From a virus (lineage: Duplodnaviria; Caudoviricetes): a stretch of DNA of 62,021 nt. Positions 37,545-45,814 of the stretch are shown here, piece by piece; the first letter of the stretch is position 1; each line of letters opens with the position of its first letter. The translations under genes and the position numbers were made by a program. The notes beneath the pieces are model-generated. The model saw only the letters and a program-made list of their open reading frames with translations. It did no database searches and had not been told where the DNA came from. Location: positions 1 through 62,021 of IMG/VR virus record IMGVR_UViG_3300030109_004637; one strand, written 5' to 3'.

Positions 37545-37931
37545 ATGGAAACCGAAGAAAAAGTAGCAGCCGTGCTCAATCATTACGGCACAACAATCAC
37601 ACACGATTATAATGATATTGGCAATGCAGAATATGTAATGTATACAGATATAACTAGAGATGGTTATGATTTATATGTAGCTAAATTTAATGGCGAACCA
37701 AGAACCATATGGCCAAGCGATGGCGCATTATATTTATCTGAACATGTTTGCATGTATGACCATGACTTATGCCAAATACTTATACAAGAGATACGTAGAG
37801 AAGGTTTTGAAATGTATATTGAAACTGATATATATGATAAATGCCATTTTGATGATGTACTTCAAGATGAATTTTATTATCTACAAGACAATGATAAAGA
37901 GTTCTTAGATAAATATCCAATGGAAGAATAA
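37545..37931 (+). CDS. Highly acidic protein
   Basis: 128 aa, D/E/Y-rich, follows the promoter copy at 37483. Confidence 0.7.
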   Translation: METEEKVAAVLNHYGTTITHDYNDIGNAEYVMYTDITRDGYDLYVAKFNGEPRTIWPSDGALYLSEHVCMYDHDLCQILIQEIRREGFEMYIETDIYDKCHFDDVLQDEFYYLQDNDKEFLDKYPMEE

Positions 37932-37932
37932 T

Positions 37933-38232
37933 ATGACAGATAAAGAAAAACAAGAGATAGCAGACCTTGTTATTAAAAAAATGCTTCAAGCTAGAAGCAA
38001 CATGGAAAAAGAATTATATAATATAAATGATATACTATTTACATTATTAAATACTCAGCTTACTCAAGAAGAGATTCTGGTTGGTGAGTTAGCAAGGCTA
38101 ATGACACTAATGAATTTATATGAAGACAAAGAGGAATATGAGAAAGCTGCTATAATTAAAAACAAAGTAGACAAAATAAACGACAAACTAGATCAAATAG
38201 ACAAAAAACGAAGAGACGATGGTAATATATAA
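37933..38232 (+). CDS. UVR (UvrB/C motif) coiled-coil protein
   Basis: EDKEEYEKAAIIKNKV. Confidence 0.6.
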   Translation: MTDKEKQEIADLVIKKMLQARSNMEKELYNINDILFTLLNTQLTQEEILVGELARLMTLMNLYEDKEEYEKAAIIKNKVDKINDKLDQIDKKRRDDGNI

Positions 38233-38587
38233 ATTATTAGCAAATTTAGGAATAATAAGTACTTTACTTATAGAAACAGTAACTGCAACGGTATATAATG
38301 CTTTGCCCGAACAAACTGATTCTACGCCATTTATAACAGCCTCAGGCGCACGAATTAATCAACAACATCCTGAACTGCATCGATGGGTTGCTGTGTCACA
38401 GGACATGTTAAAACGCGGTTATAAATTTGGTATGCGTATCGAAGTATCAGGTGCGGGAGACTTAGATGGCATATGGGAAATACAAGATGTAATGAATAAA
38501 AGATATACAAATTGTATAGACTTTTTAGTAGAAAATAATAGAAAATTAGGTAAATGGAAAAATGTAAAAATAAAATTAATAACTTAA
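38219..38587 (+). CDS. 3D-domain (MltA-like) cell-wall enzyme with hydrophobic N-terminus
   Basis: VTATVYNA...TDSTPFITASG...VAVSQD...IQDVMNKR...IDF. Confidence 0.75.
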   Translation: MVIYKLLANLGIISTLLIETVTATVYNALPEQTDSTPFITASGARINQQHPELHRWVAVSQDMLKRGYKFGMRIEVSGAGDLDGIWEIQDVMNKRYTNCIDFLVENNRKLGKWKNVKIKLIT

Positions 38588-38589
38588 TG

Positions 38590-38636
38590 TGTGACAATAG
38601 GTTATTATAATAATAGGGTAAGGGGCTAATGTCACA
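38590..38636. promoter_or_regulatory. Dyad site 3, overlapping the start codon of the HTH gene
   Basis: TGTGACAATAGG...GCTAATGTCACA; ATG at 38629 lies inside the right arm. Confidence 0.7.
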
Positions 38637-39255
38637 TAGGAATCTTAATTATTTACATCGAAACAGAGTAGCATATAAGATGTTTCCTACTTCAGATAAA
38701 CCTACAAAAACTTTTACTTGGGGTTATTTTTTTGAAAACGGTACGCATCAATGCTATGATCTGTTTCGTAGTAAAGCCAAGATTACATCTTATAAGTCTC
38801 TTAAATGGCACATGTATGTTTTATATTATATTAATCCGCATGTATCAGATATTAGAATGAAAAAAATAATAGACTACATATGTAACAAAGACAATGGATT
38901 CATTACATTTACAGTTAAGGACAATATTAAAGACAGTATGATATCTGATGTTCTTGCTTCTGATTTAAATGAACCACCAAAAAATAAATTAAGAAAAGTT
39001 ATATTCAAAGACTCTACAGGTTTATCTACAAAACAAAAATTAAAGATAGTTGGAGAGTTAATAGGTAAAACTAAAATAGTTAATAATGATGACATTTACG
39101 AGTGCATGTTAGAAATTAATAACTCAAACAGAAGAATTACAATAGCTAATTTAGCTAAAATATTAGGTTGTTCCTCAAGAACCATACATAGAAATATGGA
39201 TAAACAACTAAAAAGAGAAAAGGATATACTTAATATTCAAAATGAAGAAATATAA
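38629..39255 (+). CDS. DNA-binding protein with C-terminal HTH (regulator or replication initiator)
   Basis: RITIANLAKILGCSSRTIHRNM. Confidence 0.7.
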   Translation: MSHRNLNYLHRNRVAYKMFPTSDKPTKTFTWGYFFENGTHQCYDLFRSKAKITSYKSLKWHMYVLYYINPHVSDIRMKKIIDYICNKDNGFITFTVKDNIKDSMISDVLASDLNEPPKNKLRKVIFKDSTGLSTKQKLKIVGELIGKTKIVNNDDIYECMLEINNSNRRITIANLAKILGCSSRTIHRNMDKQLKREKDILNIQNEEI

Positions 39256-39994
39256 TATAAATACATATAAGATATATAAAGAAGATGTAAAACAAACTGT
39301 ATCGTCTTTACCTGATATAGATTATGAAAGATTAACCAGAAACCAATTAATAACCAAGTTTATGCCTCTTGTAGAAAATATAGCAAAAAAGTTTTCAACT
39401 GCATCTCAAGCATCAGGTACGTTAGACATACTAGATATAATACAAGAAGGTAGCGTTGGTTTAATTAAAGCAATAGACAGAATAGACTGGAACGTATTTA
39501 ATTTATCAGAAGATAAAGATAAGACTATGAAGTCTTTCTTATCTAAAAGAATAAGAGGTGCAATTAGAAGATCAATAGATATGTATAGAGGTGATATGCG
39601 TATACCTGAACATAAGTTAAATGATATACGCAAGAATTTTGGTAAAGACGAAAAAATGGTTGCTATGTTTTTTAATTCTATATTTTTATCAACAGATGAT
39701 TATGTTGATCGTGGATTAATAAATAATATAGAAGATAAATCAGATCCATATAATATGGATTTACTAAATGCTTATTTATCATCATTACTTAGAAGACATT
39801 TAAACAGTAAAGAATATCAAGTGCTTAGATTAAGTTATGGATTAGACTGTGAAAAACAATCAGCACAAGCTATAGCAGATAAATTAGGACTAAAAGGTTC
39901 TAGTGCTTTTGTTAGAGTATCTCAACTTAAAAGACAAGCAGTTGACAAGTTAATAAACAATGTAGACCCTGAACAAGTATTAGATTATATGTAG
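39242..39994 (+). CDS. Phage sigma-70 family sigma factor
   Basis: Region 2 LVENIAKK...DIIQEGSVGLIKAIDR; region 4 VLRLSYGL...IADKLG...RVSQLK. Confidence 0.9.
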   Translation: MKKYNINTYKIYKEDVKQTVSSLPDIDYERLTRNQLITKFMPLVENIAKKFSTASQASGTLDILDIIQEGSVGLIKAIDRIDWNVFNLSEDKDKTMKSFLSKRIRGAIRRSIDMYRGDMRIPEHKLNDIRKNFGKDEKMVAMFFNSIFLSTDDYVDRGLINNIEDKSDPYNMDLLNAYLSSLLRRHLNSKEYQVLRLSYGLDCEKQSAQAIADKLGLKGSSAFVRVSQLKRQAVDKLINNVDPEQVLDYM

Positions 39995-40052
39995 TTTACA
40001 AATTAAATACGAATACCAAATGATAATATGTTAAACAATTAAATTATATTTT

Positions 40053-40625
40053 ATGGATAAATTTAACGAGTTAAACCTCAAACTAGCAGAAATGCAAACA
40101 AAATTTAAATCGAAGAAAAGTAGATTTAATAACTTCGGCAAATACCACTTTAGAAGTGCTGAAGATATATTAGAGGCTATAAAGCCTTTCCTTTTAGAAC
40201 TAGGTGTTACTGTAACTATTAATGAAAACTTAATTAATAATGAATATACAAGTGGCATAAATATACCGATGATTGAGTCTGATGCGCGTATTAGTGATGG
40301 TAAAAATGCTATACATGCATGCGCTATTGTTGGCGTTGATCTTAATCAAAAAGGTATGCAAACTCCACAACAGTTCGGTAGTGCTTCTTCATATGCTAAG
40401 AAATATGCACTAGGTAATCTTTTACTTATTGATGATACTCAGGACAGTGATGCTGTAAATGATCACGGTAAATCTACTCCTAAAATTAAAGAACGCAAGT
40501 CGTTAACTAAATCATCAGATAATTTTAATAAAGCTAAAGATTATATAAAGTCTGGAGGTACAATTGAAACTATTAAATCAAAGTACACAATGTCTAAAGA
40601 CGTTGAGACAGCTTTATTAGCATGA
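40053..40625 (+). CDS. ERF-family single-strand annealing protein
   Basis: FNNFGKYHFRSAEDILEAIKP, GSASSYAKKYALGNL...DDTQDSD. Confidence 0.85.
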   Translation: MDKFNELNLKLAEMQTKFKSKKSRFNNFGKYHFRSAEDILEAIKPFLLELGVTVTINENLINNEYTSGINIPMIESDARISDGKNAIHACAIVGVDLNQKGMQTPQQFGSASSYAKKYALGNLLLIDDTQDSDAVNDHGKSTPKIKERKSLTKSSDNFNKAKDYIKSGGTIETIKSKYTMSKDVETALLA

Positions 40626-41353
40626 ATAAAAGCCAAACATTAATGAAGCTTAGGGATGATGAGCATTACTATGGAGACTTTGGTAAAAAGTACCTAAGTA
40701 ACTCTGATATAGCTACACTGCTTGGTAATCCCTTAGCTTTAGGCAAAACATCTCCGCCTAATCCTAATTTTTTAGTTGGTGGTTATTTTCATACTGCAAT
40801 ACTACAACCTGACAAGTTAAAAAAGTATAAAATAATAAATGCAACAACTAGAAACACTAAGGCTTATAAGGAGATGTCAGGTGGTGAACTATGTTTACTA
40901 CAGCACGAGGTTGATATCATAGAAAAAATGACAGATAAGTTTATAACTAATGATGTTTGTAGAGATTTAATAACTATACAAAACTGTTTATATGAAGAAC
41001 CAGGTATTGCAGAGATTGAAGGTCGTATGTGGAAAGGTAAAGCAGATGTTATTAATCAGTCTGAAAACTTAATAATAGATTTAAAAACTACAAACGACAT
41101 CAATACATTTAAATATTCTGCAAATAAATACAACTATGATAGTCAAGCTTTTATATATAAGACAATTTTTGGTATGGAGTTTTTATTTATTGCTATAGAT
41201 AAAAACACTCACCAAATAGGTATCTTTGATTGTTCAGATGAATTTTATGGTCGTGGACAAGACAAAGTTCAAAGAGCGGTTGAGGCTTATGAGTTATTTT
41301 TTGATTCAGAAGACTTTGATCCAAATCAATTTTTTATAACTAAAACCCTTTAA
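40622..41353 (+). CDS. PD-(D/E)XK exonuclease (RecE/exoVIII-like)
   Basis: LSNSDI, VGGYFHTAIL, KGKADV...IDLKTT, YDSQAFIY. Confidence 0.8.
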   Translation: MNKSQTLMKLRDDEHYYGDFGKKYLSNSDIATLLGNPLALGKTSPPNPNFLVGGYFHTAILQPDKLKKYKIINATTRNTKAYKEMSGGELCLLQHEVDIIEKMTDKFITNDVCRDLITIQNCLYEEPGIAEIEGRMWKGKADVINQSENLIIDLKTTNDINTFKYSANKYNYDSQAFIYKTIFGMEFLFIAIDKNTHQIGIFDCSDEFYGRGQDKVQRAVEAYELFFDSEDFDPNQFFITKTL

Positions 41354-41355
41354 TT

Positions 41356-41664
41356 ATGGCAGGAATAATAACCGGCAGTATAAACCTTAGTAATATACCA
41401 AAGGACAAGATCATCGATGGTAAGAAAGGTAAGTATTTGCCAATATCAATATCTATTAATGACGAGCCTGATCAGTTTGGTAATCAAGGTCCTATAGTTG
41501 TTAGTCAGAGTAAAGAGGAGAGGGAGGCAAAGTCTGCAAAGACTTATTTAGGTAATATCAAAGTTGTATGGGGTAATGGCGTTATGCCTGATCCAACACC
41601 ACGAGATGATCAACCTATGCCAACTAAAGCTCAAGCTCCAATTGACAACGATCTACCGTTTTAA
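41356..41664 (+). CDS. Single-stranded DNA-binding protein-like
   Basis: Acidic C-terminal DNDLPF tail; located between the exonuclease and primase genes. Confidence 0.65.
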   Translation: MAGIITGSINLSNIPKDKIIDGKKGKYLPISISINDEPDQFGNQGPIVVSQSKEEREAKSAKTYLGNIKVVWGNGVMPDPTPRDDQPMPTKAQAPIDNDLPF

Positions 41665-41667
41665 TAG

Positions 41668-43380
41668 ATGAATATAAATACCACGGAGATTAATGGTTTC
41701 ATTATTGATACATTTAATCAATATCACCTAGAAGAAGGTAAAACGCAGGGGACTTGTCCTCTGTGCTCTTCTACTAGAAAACCAGCTAATCAAAAGGCAA
41801 AGTGTGCAAGCTACGACTGGGAAAGAGGTCTTGGTACATGTCACAATTGCAATACCACATTTCAATTACATACATACCAACGTAAAGGCGGTAGTGAAAA
41901 AGAATATGTAAGGCCTGGAGTTGATACCATTATGAAGGTTGATACCAAAGTTGAAAAGTGGTTTAAGTCTAGAGGTATATCAAAACAAACACTTGATGAC
42001 TTACGTGTAAGCGAAGGTAAAGAGTGGATGCCACAGACTGGGCAAGGTGAAAATACTATCAGGTTTAATTATTTTATGGGTGATCAGTTGATTAACATAA
42101 AATATAGAGATGGTAGAAAAAACTTCAAGTTATTTAAAGGTGCAGAGAAAATATTCTACAATATTAATTCAGTTGTAGGTTATGACTCTTGTATAATAGT
42201 AGAAGGTGAGATGGATGTACTAGCACTACACGAAGCCGGTATTAAAAATGCAATATCAGTTCCTAACGGTGCTACATTAAATTCAAACAACTTAGACTAT
42301 TTAGATAACTGTATAGATTATCTTGAAGACAAAACCAAGATTATATTAGCTGTAGATGCTGATGAAGCAGGACAAGCTTTACGTCAAGAGTTTATACGTA
42401 GACTAGGCGCTGAAGTTTGTTATCTTGTAGACTTTAATGGCTGTAAAGACGCTAACGAATATTTGTTGGAGTTTGGATCAGAAAAGTTGAACAAAGTTAT
42501 AAACTTAGCAGTTCAAGTACCACTTGAAAATGTTTCAACATTAAAAGATGTAGAAGAAGATCTTAAAGATTTTGTTATCAACGGTTTTAAACCCGGTTAC
42601 CAAATAGGTATAGATAATTTTGATAGAATATTTTCAACATATACATCTCAGTTTATAACTGTAACAGGTATACCAAGTTCAGGTAAATCAGATTTTGTTG
42701 ACCAAATGGTAGTTGGTTATAATAAAAATTACCAATGGAAAACAGCATTTGCATCACCTGAAAATCAACCTATATACCTACATGCTCACAAGTTGATGCG
42801 TAAAGTTTGGGGCACAATGCCTAGATCATCTGAAATAGGTGGTAACAAATGGAACGAGGTTACGGAGCATGTTAACGATAATTTTTTCTTTATTGATATG
42901 GATAAATATAATCTTGATGCTGTGCTACGCAAAGGCGCTGAGCTTGTAAAGCGTAAAGGTATCAAGTGTTTAGTTATAGATCCATTTAATAAAGTTAGAC
43001 AAGTAGATGCATCAGGAGACGTCAATGTTTATACATTGGAGTATCTTAGTAAAATTGAAGTATTCGCTAGGAAGTATGACGTACTTGTTATCGTAGTAGC
43101 TCACCCTACTAAAATGTATAAAGATAAAGATGGTAAAATGGAAGAGCCAACGATGTATAACATCAAAGGCGGTGGAGAATGGTATGATTCAAGTTATCAT
43201 GGTTTATTAGTACATAGGGATTATGAAGCTAAAACCACAAAAGTAAAAGTTCTTAAAGTTAAATTTCAAAACCTAGGCGAAAACGGTGCAGAGGCCCATT
43301 TTACATGGGAGCCAAAGTCCGGTTGCTACATACCAACAGCTGTGCAACTAGACGAACCTATGCCTTGGGAAGAAAGTTAG
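41668..43380 (+). CDS. Primase-helicase (T7 gp4/Twinkle-like)
   Basis: Zn finger CPLC...CHNC, TOPRIM IVEGEMD...DADEAG, Walker A GIPSSGKS, VIDP, VAHP. Confidence 0.92.
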   Translation: MNINTTEINGFIIDTFNQYHLEEGKTQGTCPLCSSTRKPANQKAKCASYDWERGLGTCHNCNTTFQLHTYQRKGGSEKEYVRPGVDTIMKVDTKVEKWFKSRGISKQTLDDLRVSEGKEWMPQTGQGENTIRFNYFMGDQLINIKYRDGRKNFKLFKGAEKIFYNINSVVGYDSCIIVEGEMDVLALHEAGIKNAISVPNGATLNSNNLDYLDNCIDYLEDKTKIILAVDADEAGQALRQEFIRRLGAEVCYLVDFNGCKDANEYLLEFGSEKLNKVINLAVQVPLENVSTLKDVEEDLKDFVINGFKPGYQIGIDNFDRIFSTYTSQFITVTGIPSSGKSDFVDQMVVGYNKNYQWKTAFASPENQPIYLHAHKLMRKVWGTMPRSSEIGGNKWNEVTEHVNDNFFFIDMDKYNLDAVLRKGAELVKRKGIKCLVIDPFNKVRQVDASGDVNVYTLEYLSKIEVFARKYDVLVIVVAHPTKMYKDKDGKMEEPTMYNIKGGGEWYDSSYHGLLVHRDYEAKTTKVKVLKVKFQNLGENGAEAHFTWEPKSGCYIPTAVQLDEPMPWEES

Positions 43381-43385
43381 ATTAT

Positions 43386-43613
43386 ATGGGCCCTTATAAT
43401 GCTACTACTGAAGACATGGATATTAGATTATGGTGTCACCGTAACAATATACATGTAACTCCAGTTCAAACAGGTTACCGTAAGAGACAGTGGTATGTTG
43501 AAGTTACAGTTAATGGTAAATCAACAATGTCACCTAAATCATATGATCATCTTAATATATGGGACAAAGTAATGGAATACAGAAAATATTACTATAATAA
43601 ATATGCGAAATAA
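43386..43613 (+). CDS. Hypothetical protein
   Basis: Start chosen at MGPYNA; a longer overlapping start at 43305 is possible. Confidence 0.55.
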   Translation: MGPYNATTEDMDIRLWCHRNNIHVTPVQTGYRKRQWYVEVTVNGKSTMSPKSYDHLNIWDKVMEYRKYYYNKYAK

Positions 43614-44256
43614 ATTTTATAATGCTAATGAAGTATTTAATCACTTTTGGTTTACAATAAGACACAAAGGTGTAAAGTTTGATAATACACTAGCTATGTT
43701 TAATGTAGGATTTGAAATAAAACATCCTTTAAAAAACAACATAGAAGCTCCTTGGCGTAAGTGGAATAAAGATTATGCTGACGCTGAGTGGCAATGGTAT
43801 TTATCAGGAGATCCTAGTATAAAAAAGCTAGGTAAAATATATGGTAAAGTTCCTAAGATATGGGAGCAAATGGCTGATGAAAAAGATAAAGTCAGATCAA
43901 ACTATGGTTGGCAATGGCAACGTAAAGATCAAATAGATAAAATAGTTTTTTTACTGAAAACACATCCTGATACTAGAAAAGCATCTATAAGTATATATGA
44001 TGCTAAAGAGTTTGATACTTATACTAATGATACGCCTTGCACATATGCAGTTAACTTTACAATATTAAATAACAGATTAAATATGTCTGTTGTAATGCGA
44101 TCTAATGATCTGTGGTTTGGTTTTTGCAATGATCAATATTGTTTTTCAATGTTACAAAAAATGATTGCAGATACGTTGTCTATGAACGTCGGAACGTATT
44201 ACCATTTTGCACAGAATTTTCATATATATAATAAACAATTAGAAGACCATGATTGA
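43603..44256 (+). CDS. Thymidylate synthase-family enzyme, probable dCMP hydroxymethylase/methylase
   Basis: DTPC catalytic Cys, MRSNDLWFGFCND, NFHIY. Confidence 0.8.
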   Translation: MRNKFYNANEVFNHFWFTIRHKGVKFDNTLAMFNVGFEIKHPLKNNIEAPWRKWNKDYADAEWQWYLSGDPSIKKLGKIYGKVPKIWEQMADEKDKVRSNYGWQWQRKDQIDKIVFLLKTHPDTRKASISIYDAKEFDTYTNDTPCTYAVNFTILNNRLNMSVVMRSNDLWFGFCNDQYCFSMLQKMIADTLSMNVGTYYHFAQNFHIYNKQLEDHD

Positions 44257-45076
44257 TAAAAATAAAAGGTATCATTTGTACCATATACCAGGTAAAAAAA
44301 TAGGTGTTACCTGTGATCTTAATAACCGGGTCACTGTACAACAAGGATATAAAAAAGATGAATATGAAGTTTTAGAATCATCTAATGACATAAATTATGT
44401 ATCTTTGAGGGAACATCAACTTCAAGAAGAGTATGGTTACAAAAAAGATATGCGACCATACAAAGAAGTTATTAAATCTAAAATTAAAATTAAATCAAAT
44501 AAAATGAATGATAAAAAAGTGTTAAGTTCAAGTCCTGCAACTACTACTTTTCCTTGTCCTATAGTAGATCTTAGATCTTATCTACTTAATAATAAAAATT
44601 ACGAGTGGATTATGCCTACAGGAATTACTGTTTGTTTAGATAAAACTAATATAGAGTGGATATTAAAAAATGCTAACAGATCTCAGTTTGGAGATGATAA
44701 GTGTTACATATATAATAAAGCTTTTGAAGATCAAATGAATAACAATACTGAAGTTGATGAACTTATGGAAGATAGATTTTTCTTAATAAGAAGTTGGGCT
44801 GTTGAAAAAGGTATATACAAAGGTGGTGATTCAAAAACTCAATATGTTAAGTTAATGGAAGAGGCAGGTGAATTAGCTAAAGCTTTACTTGAACGAGATG
44901 AACCTGAGATTATAGATGCAATAGGAGATATGGTAATAGTATTAACAAACCTAGCTAAGTTAGAAGGTCTTAATATTGAAGATTGTATTGATTCTGCTTA
45001 TAACGTTGTTAAACAAAGAGAAGGTAAAATGTTTAACGGAACATTTGTAAAAAATTCTATAACAGAATCATTATGA
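44249..45076 (+). CDS. MazG-like NTP pyrophosphohydrolase with N-terminal GIY-YIG-like domain
   Basis: KLMEEAGELA...DAIGDMVIVL; N-terminal YHLYHIPGKKIGVT...R...E. Confidence 0.75.
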   Translation: MIDKNKRYHLYHIPGKKIGVTCDLNNRVTVQQGYKKDEYEVLESSNDINYVSLREHQLQEEYGYKKDMRPYKEVIKSKIKIKSNKMNDKKVLSSSPATTTFPCPIVDLRSYLLNNKNYEWIMPTGITVCLDKTNIEWILKNANRSQFGDDKCYIYNKAFEDQMNNNTEVDELMEDRFFLIRSWAVEKGIYKGGDSKTQYVKLMEEAGELAKALLERDEPEIIDAIGDMVIVLTNLAKLEGLNIEDCIDSAYNVVKQREGKMFNGTFVKNSITESL

Positions 45077-45363
45077 AAAAGCCTGAAAGCATAAATATAG
45101 AGTTTAGGGATCCTGTTGTAAAACGTGTTGTACAAAAGTTTGTAGACAGATCAAATGTAGGTTTTAAAAAGTATGGCAGAACATTAAATAGTGAAAGATT
45201 AGGTGGTCACAAAGACTTAGTTGCTTACCTAAATGATATACAAGAAGAGTTAATGGATGCAATACTATATATACAGACTGCACGCGAAGAGCTAGCTGAT
45301 CTTAGAGAAGATGCGCTTGTCCGTAAATTAAAAGAAAAATATGGCGAATCGTTTGAAGATTAG
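45073..45363 (+). CDS. All-alpha NTP-pyrophosphatase-like protein
   Basis: GFKKYGRTL...IQEELMDAILY. Confidence 0.55.
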   Translation: MKKPESINIEFRDPVVKRVVQKFVDRSNVGFKKYGRTLNSERLGGHKDLVAYLNDIQEELMDAILYIQTAREELADLREDALVRKLKEKYGESFED

Positions 45364-45814
45364 AAGAAAAAAAGGTCCAGTTGTAGCAAAAAAAATAACT
45401 TATAATAATATAACTTTTGCTTCTGGTCTTGAGAAATATATGTATATCGCTTTAAAAAAAGCAAAAATTAAATTTAAATATGAAGGAGAAAGTTTTATAT
45501 TGGTTAAATCATTTAATGTTAACCGTGCGACTTATGAACGCCAGAATAATGGAAAAGGTGAATATATTGATAGAGGAAATAAAAAAATTCTAGGTATAAA
45601 ATATACGCCTGATTTTGTAGGTAAAGATTTTATAATAGAAACAAAAGGTAGAGCTAATGAGTCTTTTCCTATGAGATGGAAGTTATTTAAAAAACATCTT
45701 ATGGAAATAGGTGACAATAGGCTACTATATAAACCACAAACCAACAAGGAGTGTGACAGAACTGTAGAATTAATAACAAGAAAAAGAACATGGGATTATT
45801 TGAAGAAAGAATAG
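45341..45814 (+). CDS. Endonuclease I-like (T7 gp3-type PD-(D/E)XK) nuclease
   Basis: FASGLE...YE...YTPDF...IIETKG. Confidence 0.8.
   Translation: MANRLKIRRKKGPVVAKKITYNNITFASGLEKYMYIALKKAKIKFKYEGESFILVKSFNVNRATYERQNNGKGEYIDRGNKKILGIKYTPDFVGKDFIIETKGRANESFPMRWKLFKKHLMEIGDNRLLYKPQTNKECDRTVELITRKRTWDYLKKE

Larger units (their letters stand above)
30403..40029 (+). promoter_or_regulatory. Family of 11 dispersed 33 bp early promoters YACAA-N4-AATA(AT/CG)-N10-GATWATAT
   Basis: Copies start at 30403, 30469, 30799, 31149, 31701, 32230, 33259, 34694, 36261, 37483 and 39997; all on + with identical spacing, each upstream of an ORF. Confidence 0.8.

Noticed and set aside
37690-37908. +1 ORF inside the acidic gene 37545-37931
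   Set aside because: No clear codon-usage shift; a D/E/Y-rich host gene can give a stop-poor +1 frame by chance
30403-40029. Repeated 33 bp motif as a CRISPR array or attC-type sites
   Set aside because: Copies are degenerate, irregularly spaced and separated by whole genes; no cas or integrase gene is present
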